A stretch of DNA of 64,000 nt from Eledone cirrhosa (taxonomy: Eukaryota): NCBI GenBank assembly GCA_964016885.1, contig OZ024742.1, forward strand, positions 6,634,001 through 6,698,000, given 5' to 3'. Below the pieces are notes generated by a model that had not been told where the DNA came from, made no database searches, and saw only the letters and a list, made by a program, of their open reading frames with translations. A program made the translations under genes and the position numbers. This document shows positions 1-13,200 of the stretch, one piece after another (position 1 is the first letter of the stretch; each line of letters opens with the position of its first letter).

Positions 1-65
1 GTATATATATATAGACATATATATATATATATATACACATAAATGGACATATATTTATTCCTATA

Positions 66-101
<36 letters not shown>
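1..101. repeat. (AT)n microsatellite / low-complexity tract
   Basis: Interrupted (TA)n runs read directly. Confidence 0.95.
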
Positions 102-102
<1 letters not shown>

Positions 103-178
103 CGAAGGAGTTGTGGTAAGGAACCAGATGGACCATAACGCACCAGACTACTCAATACTTAGGGTAGTAGAATGGGTA

Positions 179-294
179 ATAGGAAAAAGTATGACCCCGA
201 CGGCAGAGCTCAAGCCGTTTCGACTGCTTTCTGAGTCCAGAAATAGCCGTCGAAACGGCTTGAGCCCTACCGTCGGGTTCATACTTTTTCCTAT
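179..294. other. Long near-perfect inverted repeat (about 55-bp arms, 4-nt loop)
   Basis: Left arm ataggaaaaagtatgaccccgacggcagagctcaagccgtttcgactgctttctg (179-233) is the reverse complement of 238-294 with a few mismatches and one small indel. Loop agtc at 234-237. Confidence 0.9.
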
Positions 295-650
295 ATACAC
301 ACACACACACATATTCATATATATATACACATATATAGATATACATGCATATATAGGCATATATATATACACATATATAGATATACATGCATATATAGGC
401 ATATATATATATATACACATATATAGATATACATGCATATATAGGCATATATATATACATACACATATACGGACATATATAAACACATTTATACAGACAC
501 ACACTCATATATATATATACACACATTTATACACACATACATACATATATATACACATATACACACCTATATATACACAGTTATATATATATATATATAT
601 ATATATTCACATTTATATATATATATACACACATATTTATCCACATATGA
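295..650. repeat. AT/AC low-complexity region with three copies of a ~42-46-bp compound unit
   Basis: acacatatatagatatacatgcatatataggc recurs, ending at about 358, 400 and 446. The rest is (AT)n/(AC)n mosaic. Confidence 0.85.
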
Positions 651-1754
651 ATAGATTCACTCAAATATATTATAGGCCATTCTTTGGTAAACGAAGCGGG
701 TAAAACTGTGTAAGATAAACCCGAAGCAGACGATATGGAAAATAAAACGAAAGCCAACTGAAAACAAACAGAAAACACACAAACAACATAACTATATAAC
801 TACATGTCTTATTAAGTGAGACGAAGAAAGAGAAAAATAAAGCTAAATGGGAAGTGCAGAATGTTTGAACCGTGAAAAACTGTTTTGATGTCGCAAGGGA
901 ATGGAATAAAAATAAATAAAAACATACAAATATATGAAATTACCAAAAAAAAAACTAAAGAAAAATCGAAACATACTCCCCCCACTACAAAAAATAAAAA
1001 TAAAAACATAAAAAAGAGAAAACAGTAAAAAAAAAAAACAATTGAAAACAATAAAATAAAGATAGAGTAAATATATTAAGACGAAAGTGTTGTTAATAAA
1101 ATGAACTAATAAAAAATGACTGATGAAATGGATTGAGTGAAATGGAGAGAGGAGGATTTGAGCGGACATTTTTAGACTGGGTCCCAGTAGTGTAGAGGTG
1201 AGCAGCTAGCGGAAGTTGTACAATTGATAAATAACAACAGCAACAATAACATATACAACACACCCCCACATCACACTAAATCAAAAAAGAGAGAAACGAT
1301 AAAACAACAACAGTAACAAAACTCATCAACAAATTGGAAGAAAACCCAGTGAAAAATAACAATATTAAAGAAATATTTTACGGTAGGGCAAATGTATTTT
1401 ATCATATTTTAGTAAAATGATAAATTGGAGGACATTTTTTTTCCCTTCACCCAGTCCCGCCACCCCACCACCCTGCCACAAAACTATGGTCATCTTCTAT
1501 AGTATATTTTATATAATAATATTTTCTATAGCTAATGTTAAATATCGTTTGCTTGAGATTTTTAGCAAATCTCACATGCACACTTTCCTTCCTATCACAA
1601 CACCGACCTCATCCTCCTCTCTCCATTATAACACATATTTCCATAGAAAGGACATTGCGGTTTATCCTACTACTAGCGCCACCTGCTATTACGAAAGAAT
1701 GGCAAGAATGAACAGTGTATATCTATATATGAGTAGATTTCTCCAAAGGCCTAG

Positions 1755-1905
1755 CATATATATATATATGTATATATATATATAATGTATATATATGTAA
1801 TATGTGTGTGTGTATAAACATATATGTGTTTATATATATATATGTGTGTGTGTATGTGTAGCTATAAATATATATATGTGTGTGTGTATGTATGTGTGTG
1901 CATGT
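1755..1905. repeat. (AT)n/(GT)n compound microsatellite
   Basis: Direct reading. Confidence 0.9.
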
Positions 1906-2047
1906 ATCAACAGTGGGTAATGAGATTATATTAAAAGAATGGCCAGGTTCCTAAGAGAATCGAACGTTGCTCTGTTGTAAAAGAGGGAAGCAAGACATCG
2001 TTATAATGGTGATACCAAGCGGAATGAGTCAGCGATTCCTGTTGCCA

Positions 2048-2048
<1 letters not shown>

Positions 2049-2106
<58 letters not shown>

Positions 2107-2150
2107 CTTCATATATACGTATATGTATATATATATAAATATATATATAA

Positions 2151-2231
<81 letters not shown>

Positions 2232-2293
2232 TATATAGATAGATAGATAGAGAGAGAGATACAGAGATAGATAGTTATGTGAATAATCAACTT

Positions 2294-2380
<87 letters not shown>
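2049..2380. repeat. (AT)n, (GT)n, (AGAT)n/(AG)n compound microsatellite
   Basis: Direct reading. Confidence 0.9.
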
Positions 2381-2529
2381 TTGAACGTGTATATATCTTA
2401 TCTATATCATTTTCTGTTTCATTGTGACCACACACACACACACACACACGAGTTAACTCTAATCCTAGAGAAAAAGATGGGGCTGATCTTCGTGTGTCTT
2501 GTTATATAGAATCTTCATTTGTAGAATAT

Positions 2530-2540
2530 CTTCTCTCTCT

Positions 2541-2592
<52 letters not shown>

Positions 2593-2736
2593 GTGTACAT
2601 ATTTGTTCCGCCATGTTTTTGTGTGTATATAGATATATGCAACAGGAAGTTAGACGGTGAAACTGAGTCATCGTCGGTCACAAATCGATATTATAGAGGG
2701 AATATGTACACACACACACACACACACACACAAACC

Positions 2737-2789
<53 letters not shown>

Positions 2790-2840
2790 GGGGTAGAGAG
2801 AATGAAAGAGAGAGCGTGACTCACACTATATATATATATT
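2530..2840. repeat. (CT)n/(AT)n/(AC)n/(AG)n microsatellites around a short unique island
   Basis: Direct reading; the unique island spans about 2590-2710. Confidence 0.8.
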
Positions 2841-2902
2841 AAATGTACTTGTTCAGTGTTTTCAGGGCTCAGGAGACGACCGATTGGGATCTGTGTTAGT
2901 AT

Positions 2903-3075
2903 CTGTGTGTGTGTGTGTGTGTGTGGCTGTGTGTGTCTGTGTGTGTCTGTGTGTGTCTGTGTGTGTGTGAGAGTTTGTGCATGTGTGTGTCATTCTGTAT
3001 GTTTGTGTGTGTGTGTATGTGTGTGTGTGTGTGTGTGTTTGTGTGTGATTCTGTACATTTATGTGTGTGTGTGAG
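2903..3075. repeat. (GT)n microsatellite, degenerate
   Basis: Direct reading. Confidence 0.9.
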
Positions 3076-6000
3076 GTGCTTTAGAATGTACTGTTGTTAT
3101 TAGATTAAGTAATATTAGGTGAGAATTCCTGTAGTATCGAGTTTAAGTGTCGTGGGTGGTGCTGTAAGGACTGTGAGGTGATATAGCTGCAAGGAGAGGA
3201 AGTGAAAGGACCTTTATATTGTATGAAGTGTCGTGGGTGTTATTATAGGGACTGTGAGGTGATATAGCTGCAAGGAGAGGAAGTGGAAGGACCTTTATAT
3301 AGTATAAAGTGTCGTGGGTGGTGTTGTAAGGACTGTGAGGTGATATAGCTGCAAGGAGAGGAAGTGGAAGGACCTTTATATGGTATAAAGTGTCGTGGGT
3401 GGTGTTGTAAGGACTGTGAGGTGATATAGCTGTAAGGAGAGGAACTGGAAGGACCTTTATACAGTATAAAGTGTCGTGGGTGGTGTTGTAAGGACTGTGA
3501 GGTGATATAGCTGTAAGGAGAGGAAGTGGAAGGACCTTTATATAGTATAAAGTGTCTTGGGTGGGGTTGTAAGGACTGTGAGGAGATATAGCTGCAAGGA
3601 GAGGATGTGGAAGGACCTTTATATTGTATGAAGTGTCGTGGGTGGTGTTGTAAGGACTGTGAGGTGATATAGCTGTAAGGAGAGGATGTGGAAGGACCTT
3701 TATATTGTATGAAGTGTCGTGGGTGGTGTTGTAAGGACTGTGAGGTGATATAGCTGGAAGGAGAGGAAGTGGAAGGAACTTTATATAGTATAAAGTGTCG
3801 TGGGTGGTGTTGGAAGGACTGTGAGGTGATATAGCTGTAAGGAGAGGAAGTGGAAGGACCTTTATATAGTATAAAGTGTCGTGGGTGGTGTTGTAAGGAC
3901 TGTGAGGTGATATAGCTGCAAGGAGAGGAAGTGAAAGGACCTTTATATTGTATGAAGTGTCGTGGGTGTTATTATAGGGAGTGTGAGGTGATATAACTGA
4001 AAGTAGAGGAAGTGGAAGGACCTTTGTATTGTATAAAGTGTCGTGGGTGGTGATGTAAGGACTGTGAGGTGATATAGCTGTAAGGAGAGGAAGTGGAAGG
4101 AAATTTATATAGTATAAAGTGTCGTGGGTGGTGTTGTAAGGACTGTGAGGTGATATAGCTGTAAGGAGAGGAAGTGGAAGGACATTTATATAGTATAAAG
4201 TGTCGTGGGTGGTGTTGTAAGGACTGTGAGGTGATATAGCTGCAAGGAGAGGAAGTGGAAGGACCAATATATAGTATAAAGTGTCGTGGGTGGTGTTGTA
4301 AAGACTGTGAGGTGATATAGCTGTAAGGGGAGGAAGTGGAAGGACCTTTATATAGTATAAAGTGTCGTGGGTGGTGTTGTAAGGACTGTGATGTGATATA
4401 GTTGTAAGGAGAGGAAGTGGAAGGACCTTTGTATTGTATAAAGTGTCGTGAGTGGTGTTGTAAAGACTGTGAGGTGATATAGCTGTAAGGAGAGGAAGTG
4501 GAAGGACCTTTATATAGTATAAAGTGTCGTGGGTGGGGTTGTATGGACTGTGATGTGATATCGTTGAAAGGAGAGGAAGTGGAAGGATCTTTGTATTGTA
4601 TAAAGTGTCGTGGGTGGTGTTGAAAGGACTGTGATGTGATATAGCTGTAAGGAGAGTAAGTGGAAGGACCTTTATACAGTATAAAGTATCGTGGGTGGTG
4701 TTGTAAGGACTGTGAGGTGATATAGCTGTAAGGAGAGGAAGTGGAAGGACCTTTATATAGTATAAAGTGTCGTGGGTGGCGTTGTAAGGTCTGTGAGGTG
4801 ATATAGCTGTAAGGAGAGGGAGGAAGTGGAAGGACCTTTCTATAGTATAAAGTGTCGTGGGTGGTGTTGTAAGGACTGTGAGGTGATATAGCTGTAAGGA
4901 GAGCAAGTGAAAGGAACTTTATATAGTAAAAAGTGTCGTGGGGTGTGTTGTAAGGACTGTGAGGTATATAGCTGTAAGGAGAGGAAGTGGAAGGACCTTT
5001 ATATAGTATAAAGTGTTTTGGGTGTTGTTGTAAGGACTGTGATGTGATATAGCTGTAAGGAGAGGAAGTGGAAGGACCTTTATATCGTATAAAGTGTCGT
5101 GGGTGTTATTATAGGGACTGTGAGGTGATATAGCTGCAAGGAGAGGAAGTGGAAGGACCTTTATATAGTATAAAGTGTCGTGGGTGGTGTTGTAAGGACT
5201 GTGAGGTGATATAGCTGCAAGGAGAGGAAGTGGAAGGACCAATATATAGTATAAAGTGTCGTGGGTGGTGTTGTAAAGACTGTGAGGTGATATAGCTGTA
5301 AGGAGAGGAAGTGGAAGGACCTTTATATAGTATAAAGTGTCGTGGGTGGTGTTGTATGGACTGTGATGTGATATAGTTGTAAGGAGAGGAAGTGGAAGGA
5401 CCTTTGTATTGTATAAAGTGTCGTGAGTGGTGTTGTAAGGACTGTGAGGTGATATAACTGAAAGGAGAGGAAGTGGAAGGAATTTATATAGTATAAAGTG
5501 TCGTGGGTGGTGTTGTAAGGACTGTGACGTGATATAGCTGTAAGGAGAGGAAGTGGAAGGAACTTTATATTGTATAAAGTGTCGTGGATGGTGTTGTAAA
5601 GACTGTGAGGTGATATAGCTGTAAGGAGAGGAAGTGGAAGGACCTTTATATAGTATAAAGTGTCGTGGGTGGGGTTGTATGGACTGTGATGTGATATCGT
5701 TGTAAGGAGAGGAAGTGGAAGGAACTTTGTACAGAATAAAGTGTCGTGGGTGGTGTTGTAAGGACTGTGAGGTGATATAGCTGTAAGGAGAGGAAGTGGA
5801 AGGACCTTTATATAGTATAAAGTGTCGTGGGTGGCGTTGTAAGGTCTGTGAGGTGATATAGCTGAAAGGAGAGGGAGGAAGTGGAAGGACCTTTCTATAG
5901 TATAAAGTGTCGTGGGTGGTGTTGTAAGGACTGTGATGTGATATAGCTGTAAGGAGAGCAAGTGAAAGGAACTTTATATAGTAAAAAGTGTCGTGGGTTG

Positions 6001-9000
6001 TGTTGTAAGGACTGTGAGGTGATATAGCTGTAAGGAGAGGAAGTGGAAGGACCTTTATATAGTATAAAGTGTTTTGGGTGTTGTTGTAAGGACTGTGATG
6101 TGATATAGCTGTAAGGAGAGGAAGTGGAAGGAACTTTATATCGTATAAAGTGTCGTGGGTGTTATTATAGGGACTGTGAGGTGATATAGCTGCAAGGAGA
6201 GGAAGTGGAAGGACCTTTATATAGTATAAAGTGTCGTGGGTGGTGTTGTAAGGACTGTGTGGTGATATAGCTGCAAGGAGAGGAAGTGGAAGGACCTTTA
6301 TATGGTATAAAGTGTAGTGGGTGGTGTTGTAAGGACTGTGAGGTGATATAGCTGTAAGGAGAGGAAGTGGAAGGATCTTTAAATAGTATAAAGTGTCGAG
6401 GGTGGTGTTGTAAAGACTGTGATGTGATATAGCTGTAAGGAGAGGAAGTGGAAGGACCTTTATATCGTAAAAAGTGTCGTGGGTGGTGTTGTAAGGACTG
6501 TGATGTGATATAGCTGTAAGGAGAGGAAGTGGAAGGACCTTTATATTGTATAAACTGTCGTGATTGGTGTTCAAAGGACTGTGATGTGATATAGCTGTAA
6601 GGAGAGGAAGTGGAAGGACCTTTATATTGTATAAAATGTCGTGGGTGGTGTTGTAAGGACTGTGAGGTGATATAGCTGAAAGGAGAGGAAGTGGAAGGAT
6701 CTTTATATTGTATAAAGTGTCGAGGGTGGTGTTCAAAGGACTGTGATGTGATATAGCTGTAAGGACAGGAAGTGGAAAGACCTTTATATAGTATAAAATG
6801 TCGTGGGTGGCGTTGTAAGGACTGTGAGGTGATATAGCTGAAAGGAGAGGAAGTGGAAGGATCTTTATATTGTATAAAATGTCGTGGGTGGTGTTGTAAG
6901 GACTGTGATGTGATATAGCTGTAAAGAGACGAAGTGGAAGGACCTTTATATTGTATAAACTGTCGTGATTGGTGTTCAAAGGACTGTGATGTGATATAGC
7001 TGTAAGGAGAGGAAGTGGAAGGACCTTTATATTGTATAAACTGTCGTGATTGGTGTTCAAAGGACTGTGATGTGATATAGCTGTAAGGAGAGGAAGTGGA
7101 AGGACCTTTATATTGTATAAAATGTCGTGGGTGGTGTTGTAAGGACTGTGATGTGATATAGCTGTAAGGAGAGGGAGGAAGTGGAAGGACCTTTCTATAG
7201 TATTAAGTGTCGTGGGTGGTGTTGTAAGGACTGTGATGTGATATAGCTGTAAGGAGAGGAAGTGGAAGGAACTCTATATAGTATAAAATGTCGTGGGTGG
7301 TGTTGTAAAGACTGTGAGGTGATATAGCTGTAAGGAGAGGAAGTGGAAGGACCTTTATATTGTATAAACTGTCGTGATTGGTGTTGTAAGGACTGTGATG
7401 TGATATAGCTGTAAGTAGAGGATGTGGATGGAACTTTATATTGTATAAAGTGTCGTGGGTGGTGTTGTAAGGATTGTGAGGTGATATAGCTGTAAGGAGA
7501 GGAAGTGGAAGGACCTTTAAATAGTATAAAGTGTCGAGGGTGGTGTTGTAAAGACTGTGATGTGATATAGCTGTAAGGAGAGGAAGTGAAAGGAACTTTA
7601 TATTGTATAAAGTGTTGTGAGCGGTGTTGTAAGGACTGTGAGGTGATATAACTGAAAGTAGAGGAAGTGGAAGGACCTTTATATAGTATAAAGTGTCGTG
7701 GGTGGTGTTGTAAGGACTGTGAGGTGATATAGCTGTAAGGAGAGGAAATGGAAGGAACTTTAAATAGTATAAAGTGTCGTGGGTGGTGTTGTAAGGACTG
7801 TGATGTGATATAGCTGTAAGGAGAGGAAGTGAAATGACCTTTATATCGTATAAAGTGTCGTGAGTGGTGTTGTAAGGACTGTGAGGTGATATAACTGAAA
7901 GGAGAGGAAGTGGAAGGACCTTTATATAGTATAAAGTGTCGTGGGTGGTGTTGTAAGGACTGAGGTGATATAGCTGTAAGGAGAGGAAGTGGAAGGAACT
8001 TTATATAGTTTAAAGTGTCGTGGGTGGAGTTGTAAGGACTGTGAGGTGATATAGCTGTAAGGTGAGGAAGTGGAAGGACCTTTATACAGTATAAAGTGTC
8101 GTGGGTGGTGTTGTAAAGACTGTGAGGTGATATAGCTGTAAGGAGAGGAAGTGGAAGGATCATTATATAGTATAACGTGTCGTGGGTCGTGTTGTAAAGA
8201 CTGTGAGGTGATATAGCTGTAAGGAGAGGAAGTGGAAGGACCTTTATATAGTATAAAGTGTCGTGGGTGGGGTTGTATGGACTGTGATGTGATATCGTTG
8301 TAAGGAGAGGAAGTGGAAGGATCTTTGTATTGTATAAAGTGTCGTGGGTGGTGTTGAAAGGACTGTGATGTGATATAGCTGTAAGGAGAGTAAGTGGAAG
8401 GACCTTTATACAGTATAAAGTATCGTGGGTGGTGTTGTAAGGACTGTGAGGTGATATAGCTGTAAGGAGAGGAAGTGGAAGGAACTTTATATAGTATAAA
8501 GTGTCGTGGGTGGTGTTGTAAGGACTGTGAGGTGATATAGCTGTAAGGAGAGGAAGTGGAAGGACCTTTATATAGTATAAAGTGTAGTGGGTGGCGTTGT
8601 AAGGTCTGTGAGGTGATATAGCTGTAAGGAGAGGGAGGAAGTGGAAGGACCTTTCTATAGTATAAAGTGTCGTGGGTGGTGTTGTAAGGACTGTGATGTG
8701 ATATAGCTGTAAGGAGAGCAAGTGAAAGGAACTTTATATAGTAAAAAGTGTCGTGGGTTGTGTTGTAAGGACTGTGAGGTGATATAGCTGTAAGGAGAGG
8801 AAGTAGAAGGACCTTTATATAGTATAAAGTGTTTTGGGTGTTGTTGTAAGGACTGTGATGTGATATAGCTGTAAGGAGAGGAAGTGGAAGGACCTTTAAA
8901 TAGTATAAAGTGTCGTGGGTGGTGTTGTAAGGACTGTGAGGTGATATAGCTGAAAGGAGAGGAAGTGGAAGGACATTTATACAGTATAAAGTGTCGTGGG

Positions 9001-10259
9001 TGGTGTTGTAAGGACTGTGAGGTGATATAGCTGTAAGGACAGGAAGTGGAAGGATCTCTATATAGTATAAAATGTCGTGGGTGGTGTTGTAAGGACTGTG
9101 ATGTGATATAGCTGTAAGGAGAGGAAGTGGAAGGACCTTTATACAGTATAAAGTGTCGTGGGTGGTGTTGTAAAGACTGTGAGGTGATATAGCTGTAAGG
9201 AGAGGAAGTGGAAGGACCTTTATATGGTATAAAGTGTCGTGGGTGTTGTTGTAAGGACTGTGAGGTGATATAGCTGTAAGGAGAGGAAGTGGAAGGACCT
9301 TTATATAGTATAAAGTGTCGTGGGTGGTGTTGTAAGGACTGTGATGTGATATAGCTGTAAGGAGAGGAAGTGGAAGGACCTTTATATAGTATAAAGTGTC
9401 GTGGGTGGTGTTGTAAGGATTGTGATGTGATATAGCTGTAAGGAGAGGAAGTGGAAGGACCTGTATACAGTATAAAGTGTCGTGGGTGGTGTTGTAAAGA
9501 CTGTGAGGTGATATAGCTGTAAGGAGAGGAAGTGGAAGGACCTTTATATAGTATAAAGTGTCGTGGGTGGTGTTGTAAGGATTGTGATGTGATATAGCTG
9601 TAAGGTGAGGAAGTGGAAGGACCTTTATACAGTATAAAGTGTCGTGGGTGGTGTTGTAAAGACTGTGAGGTGATATAGCTGTAAGGAGAGGAAGTGGAAG
9701 GACCTTTATATAGTATAAAGTGTTGTGAGTGGTGTTGTAAGGACTGTGAGGTGATATAACTGAAAGGAGAGGAAGTGGAAGGACCTTTATATAGTATAAA
9801 GTGTCGTGGGTGGTGTTGTAAGGACTGTGAGGTGATATAGCTGTAAGAAGAGGAAGTGGAAGGACCTTTATATTGTATAAAGTGTTGTGAGTGGTGTTGT
9901 AAGGACTGTGAGGTGATATAACTGAAAGGAGAGGAAGTGGAAGGACCTTTATATAGTATAAAGTGTCGTGGGTGGTGTTGTAAGGACTGTGAGGTGATAT
10001 AGCTGTAAGGAGCGGAAGTGGAAGGACATTTATATGGTATAAAGTGTCGTGGGTGTTGTTGTAAGGACTGTGAGGTGATATAGCTGTAAGGAGAGGAAGT
10101 GGAAGGACCTTTATATAGTATAAAGTGTCGTGGGTGGTGTTGTAAGGACTGTGATGTGATATAGCTGTAAGGAGAGGAAGTGGAAGAAACTTTATATAGT
10201 ATGAAGTGTCGTGGGTCGTGTTGTAAGGACTGTGATGTGATATAGCTGCAAGGAGAGGA

Positions 10260-13200
10260 AGTGGAAGGACCTTTATATAGTATAAATTGTCGTAGGTGGT
10301 GTTGTAAGGACTGTGATGTGATATAGCTGCATGGAGAGGAAGTGGAAGGACCTTTAAATAGTATAAAGTGTCGTGGGTGGTGTTGTAAGGACTGTGAGGT
10401 GATATAGCTGTAAGGAGAGGAAGTGAAAGGACCTTTAAATAGTATAAAGTGTCGTGGGTGGTGTTGTAAGGACTGTGAGGTGATATAGCTGTAAGGAGCG
10501 TAATTGGAAGGACCTTTATATAGTATAAAGTGTCGTGGGTGGTGTTGTAACGACTGTGATGTGATATAGCTGTAAGGAGAGGAAGTGGAAGAACATTTAT
10601 ATAGTATAAAGTGTCGTGGGTGGTGTTGTAAGGACTGTGAGGTGATATAGCTGCAAGGAGAGGAAGTGGAAGGACCATTATATAGTATAAAGTGTCGTGG
10701 GTGGTGTTGTAAAGACTGTGAGGTGATATAGCTGTAAGGAGAGGAAGTGGAAGGAACTTTATATAGTATAAAGTGTCGTGGGTGGTGTTGTAAGGACTGT
10801 GAGGTGATATAGTTGTAAGGAGAGGTAGTGGAAGGAACTTTATATAGTATGAAGTGTCGTGGGTCGTGTTGTAAGGACTGTGATGTGATATAGCTGCAAG
10901 GAGAGGAAGTGGAAGGACCTTTATATAGTATAAATTGTCGTAGTTGGTGTTGTAAGGACTGTGATGTGATATAGCTGCAAGGAGAGGAAGTGGAAGGACC
11001 TTTAAATAGTATAAAGTGTCGTGGGTGGTGTTGTAAGGACTGTGAGGTGATATAGCTGTAAGGAGAGGAAGTGAAAGGACCTTTAAATAGTATAAAGTGT
11101 CGTGGGTGGTGTTGTAAGGACTGTGAGGTGATATAGCTGGAAGGAGAGGAAGTGGAAGGAACTTTATATAGTATAAAGTGTCGTGGGTGGTGTTGGAAGG
11201 ACTGTGAGGTGATATAGCTGTAAGGAGGGGAAGTGGAAGGATCTTTATATAGTATAAAGTGTCGTGGGTGGTGTTGGAAGGACTGTGAGGTGATATAGCT
11301 GTAAGGAGAGGAAGTGGAAGGTCATTTATATAGTATAAAGTGTCGTGGGTGTGGTTGTAAGGACTGTGAGGTGATATAGCTGCAAGGAGAGGAAGTGGAA
11401 GGATCATTATATAGTATAACGTGTCGTGGGTCGTGTTGTAAAGACTGTGATGTGATATAGCTGTAAGGAGAGTAAGTGGAAGGACCTTTATACAGTATAA
11501 AGTATCGTGGGTGGTGTTGTAAGGACTGTGAGGTGATATAGCTGTAAGGAGAGGAAGTGGAAGGAACTTTATACAGTATAAAGTGTCGTGGGTGGTGTTG
11601 TAAGGACTGTGATGTGATATAGCTGTAAGGAGAGCAAGTGAAAGGAACTTTATATAGTAAAAAGTGTCGTGGGTGGCGTTGTAAGGTCTGTGAGGTGATA
11701 TAGCTGAAAGGAGAGGAAATGAAAGGACCCTTATATTGTATAAAGTGTCGAGGGTTGCTTTGTAAGGACTGTGATGTGATATAGCTGAAAGGAGAGGAAG
11801 TGGAAGGACATTTATACAGTATAAAGTGTCGTGGGTGGTGTTGTAAGGACTGTGAGGTGATATAGCTGTAAGGACAGGAAGTGGAAGGATCTCTATATAG
11901 TATAAAGTGTCGTGGGTGGTGTTGTAAGGACTGTGAGGTGATATAGCTGAAAGGAGAGGAAATGAAAGGAACTTTATATAGTAAAAAGTGTCGTGGGTGG
12001 TGTTGTAAGGACTGTGAGGTGATATAGCTGTAAGGAGAGGAAGTGGAAGGACCTTTATACAGTAAAAAGTGTCGTGGGTGGTGTTGTAAAGACTGTGAGG
12101 TGATATAGCTGTAAGGAGAGGAAGTGGAAGGACCTTTATATGGTATAAAGTGTCGTGGGTGTTGTTGTAAGGACTGTGATGTGATATAGCTGTAAGGAGA
12201 GGAAGTGGAAGGACCTTTATACAGTACAAAGTGTCGTGGGTGGTGTTGTAAAGACTGTGAGGTGATATAGCTGTAAGGAGAGGAAGTGGAAGGACCTTTA
12301 TATAGTATAAAGTGTCGTGGGTGGTGTTGTAAGGACTGTGATGTGATATAGCTGTAAGGAGAGGAAGTGGAAGGACCTTTATACAGTATAAAGTGTCGTG
12401 GGTGGTGTTGTAAAGACTGTGAGGTGATATAGCTGTAAGGAGAGGAAGTGGAAGGACCTTTATATAGTATAAAGTGTCGTGGGTGGTGTTGTAAGGATTG
12501 TGATGTGATATAGCTGTAAGGTGAGGAAGTGGAAGGACCTTTATACAGTATAAAGTGTCGTGGGTGGTGTTGTAAGGACTGTGAGGTGATATAGCTGTAA
12601 GGAGAGGAAGTGGAAGGACCTTTATATTGTATAAAGTGTTGTGAGTGGTGTTGTAAGGACTGTGAGGTGATATAACTGAAAGGAGAGGAAGTGGAAGGAC
12701 CTTTATATAGTATAAAGTGTCGTGGGTGGTGTTGTAAGGACTGTGAGGTGATATAGCTGTAAGGAGCGGAAGTGGAAGGACATTTATATGGTATAAAGTG
12801 TCGTGGGTGTTGTTGTAAGGACGGTGAGGTGATATAGCTGTAAGGAGAGGAAGTGGAAGGACCTTTATATAGTATAAAGTGTCGTGGGTGGTGTTGTAAA
12901 GACTGTGAGGTGATATAGCTGTAAGGAGAGGAAGTGGAAGGACCTTTATATAGTATAAAGTGTCGTGGGTGGTGTTGTAAGGACTGTGATGTGATATAGC
13001 TGTAAGGAGAGGAAGTGGAAGAAACTTTATATAGTATAAAGTGTCGTGGGTCATGTTGTAAGGACTGTGATGTGATATAGCTGCAAGGAGAGGAAGTGGA
13101 AGGACCTTTATATAGTATAAATTGTCGTAGGTGGTGTTGTAAGGACTGTGATGTGATATAGCTGTAAGGAGAGGAAGTGGAAGGACCTTTATATAGTATA

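Noticed and set aside
2593-2711. 11-bp terminal inverted repeat gtgtacatatt...aatatgtacac suggesting a MITE
   Set aside because: Short, and composed of the same AT/AC motifs as the surrounding microsatellites; chance is plausible.
2866-2894. Possible micro-exon (ttttcag|...|gttagt)
   Set aside because: 29 nt with no partner exons or homology; such splice-like motifs arise by chance.
113-3103. Short Y/I/V/C-rich ORFs (also 63230-63998)
   Set aside because: They are translations of dinucleotide microsatellites or A/T-rich tracts.
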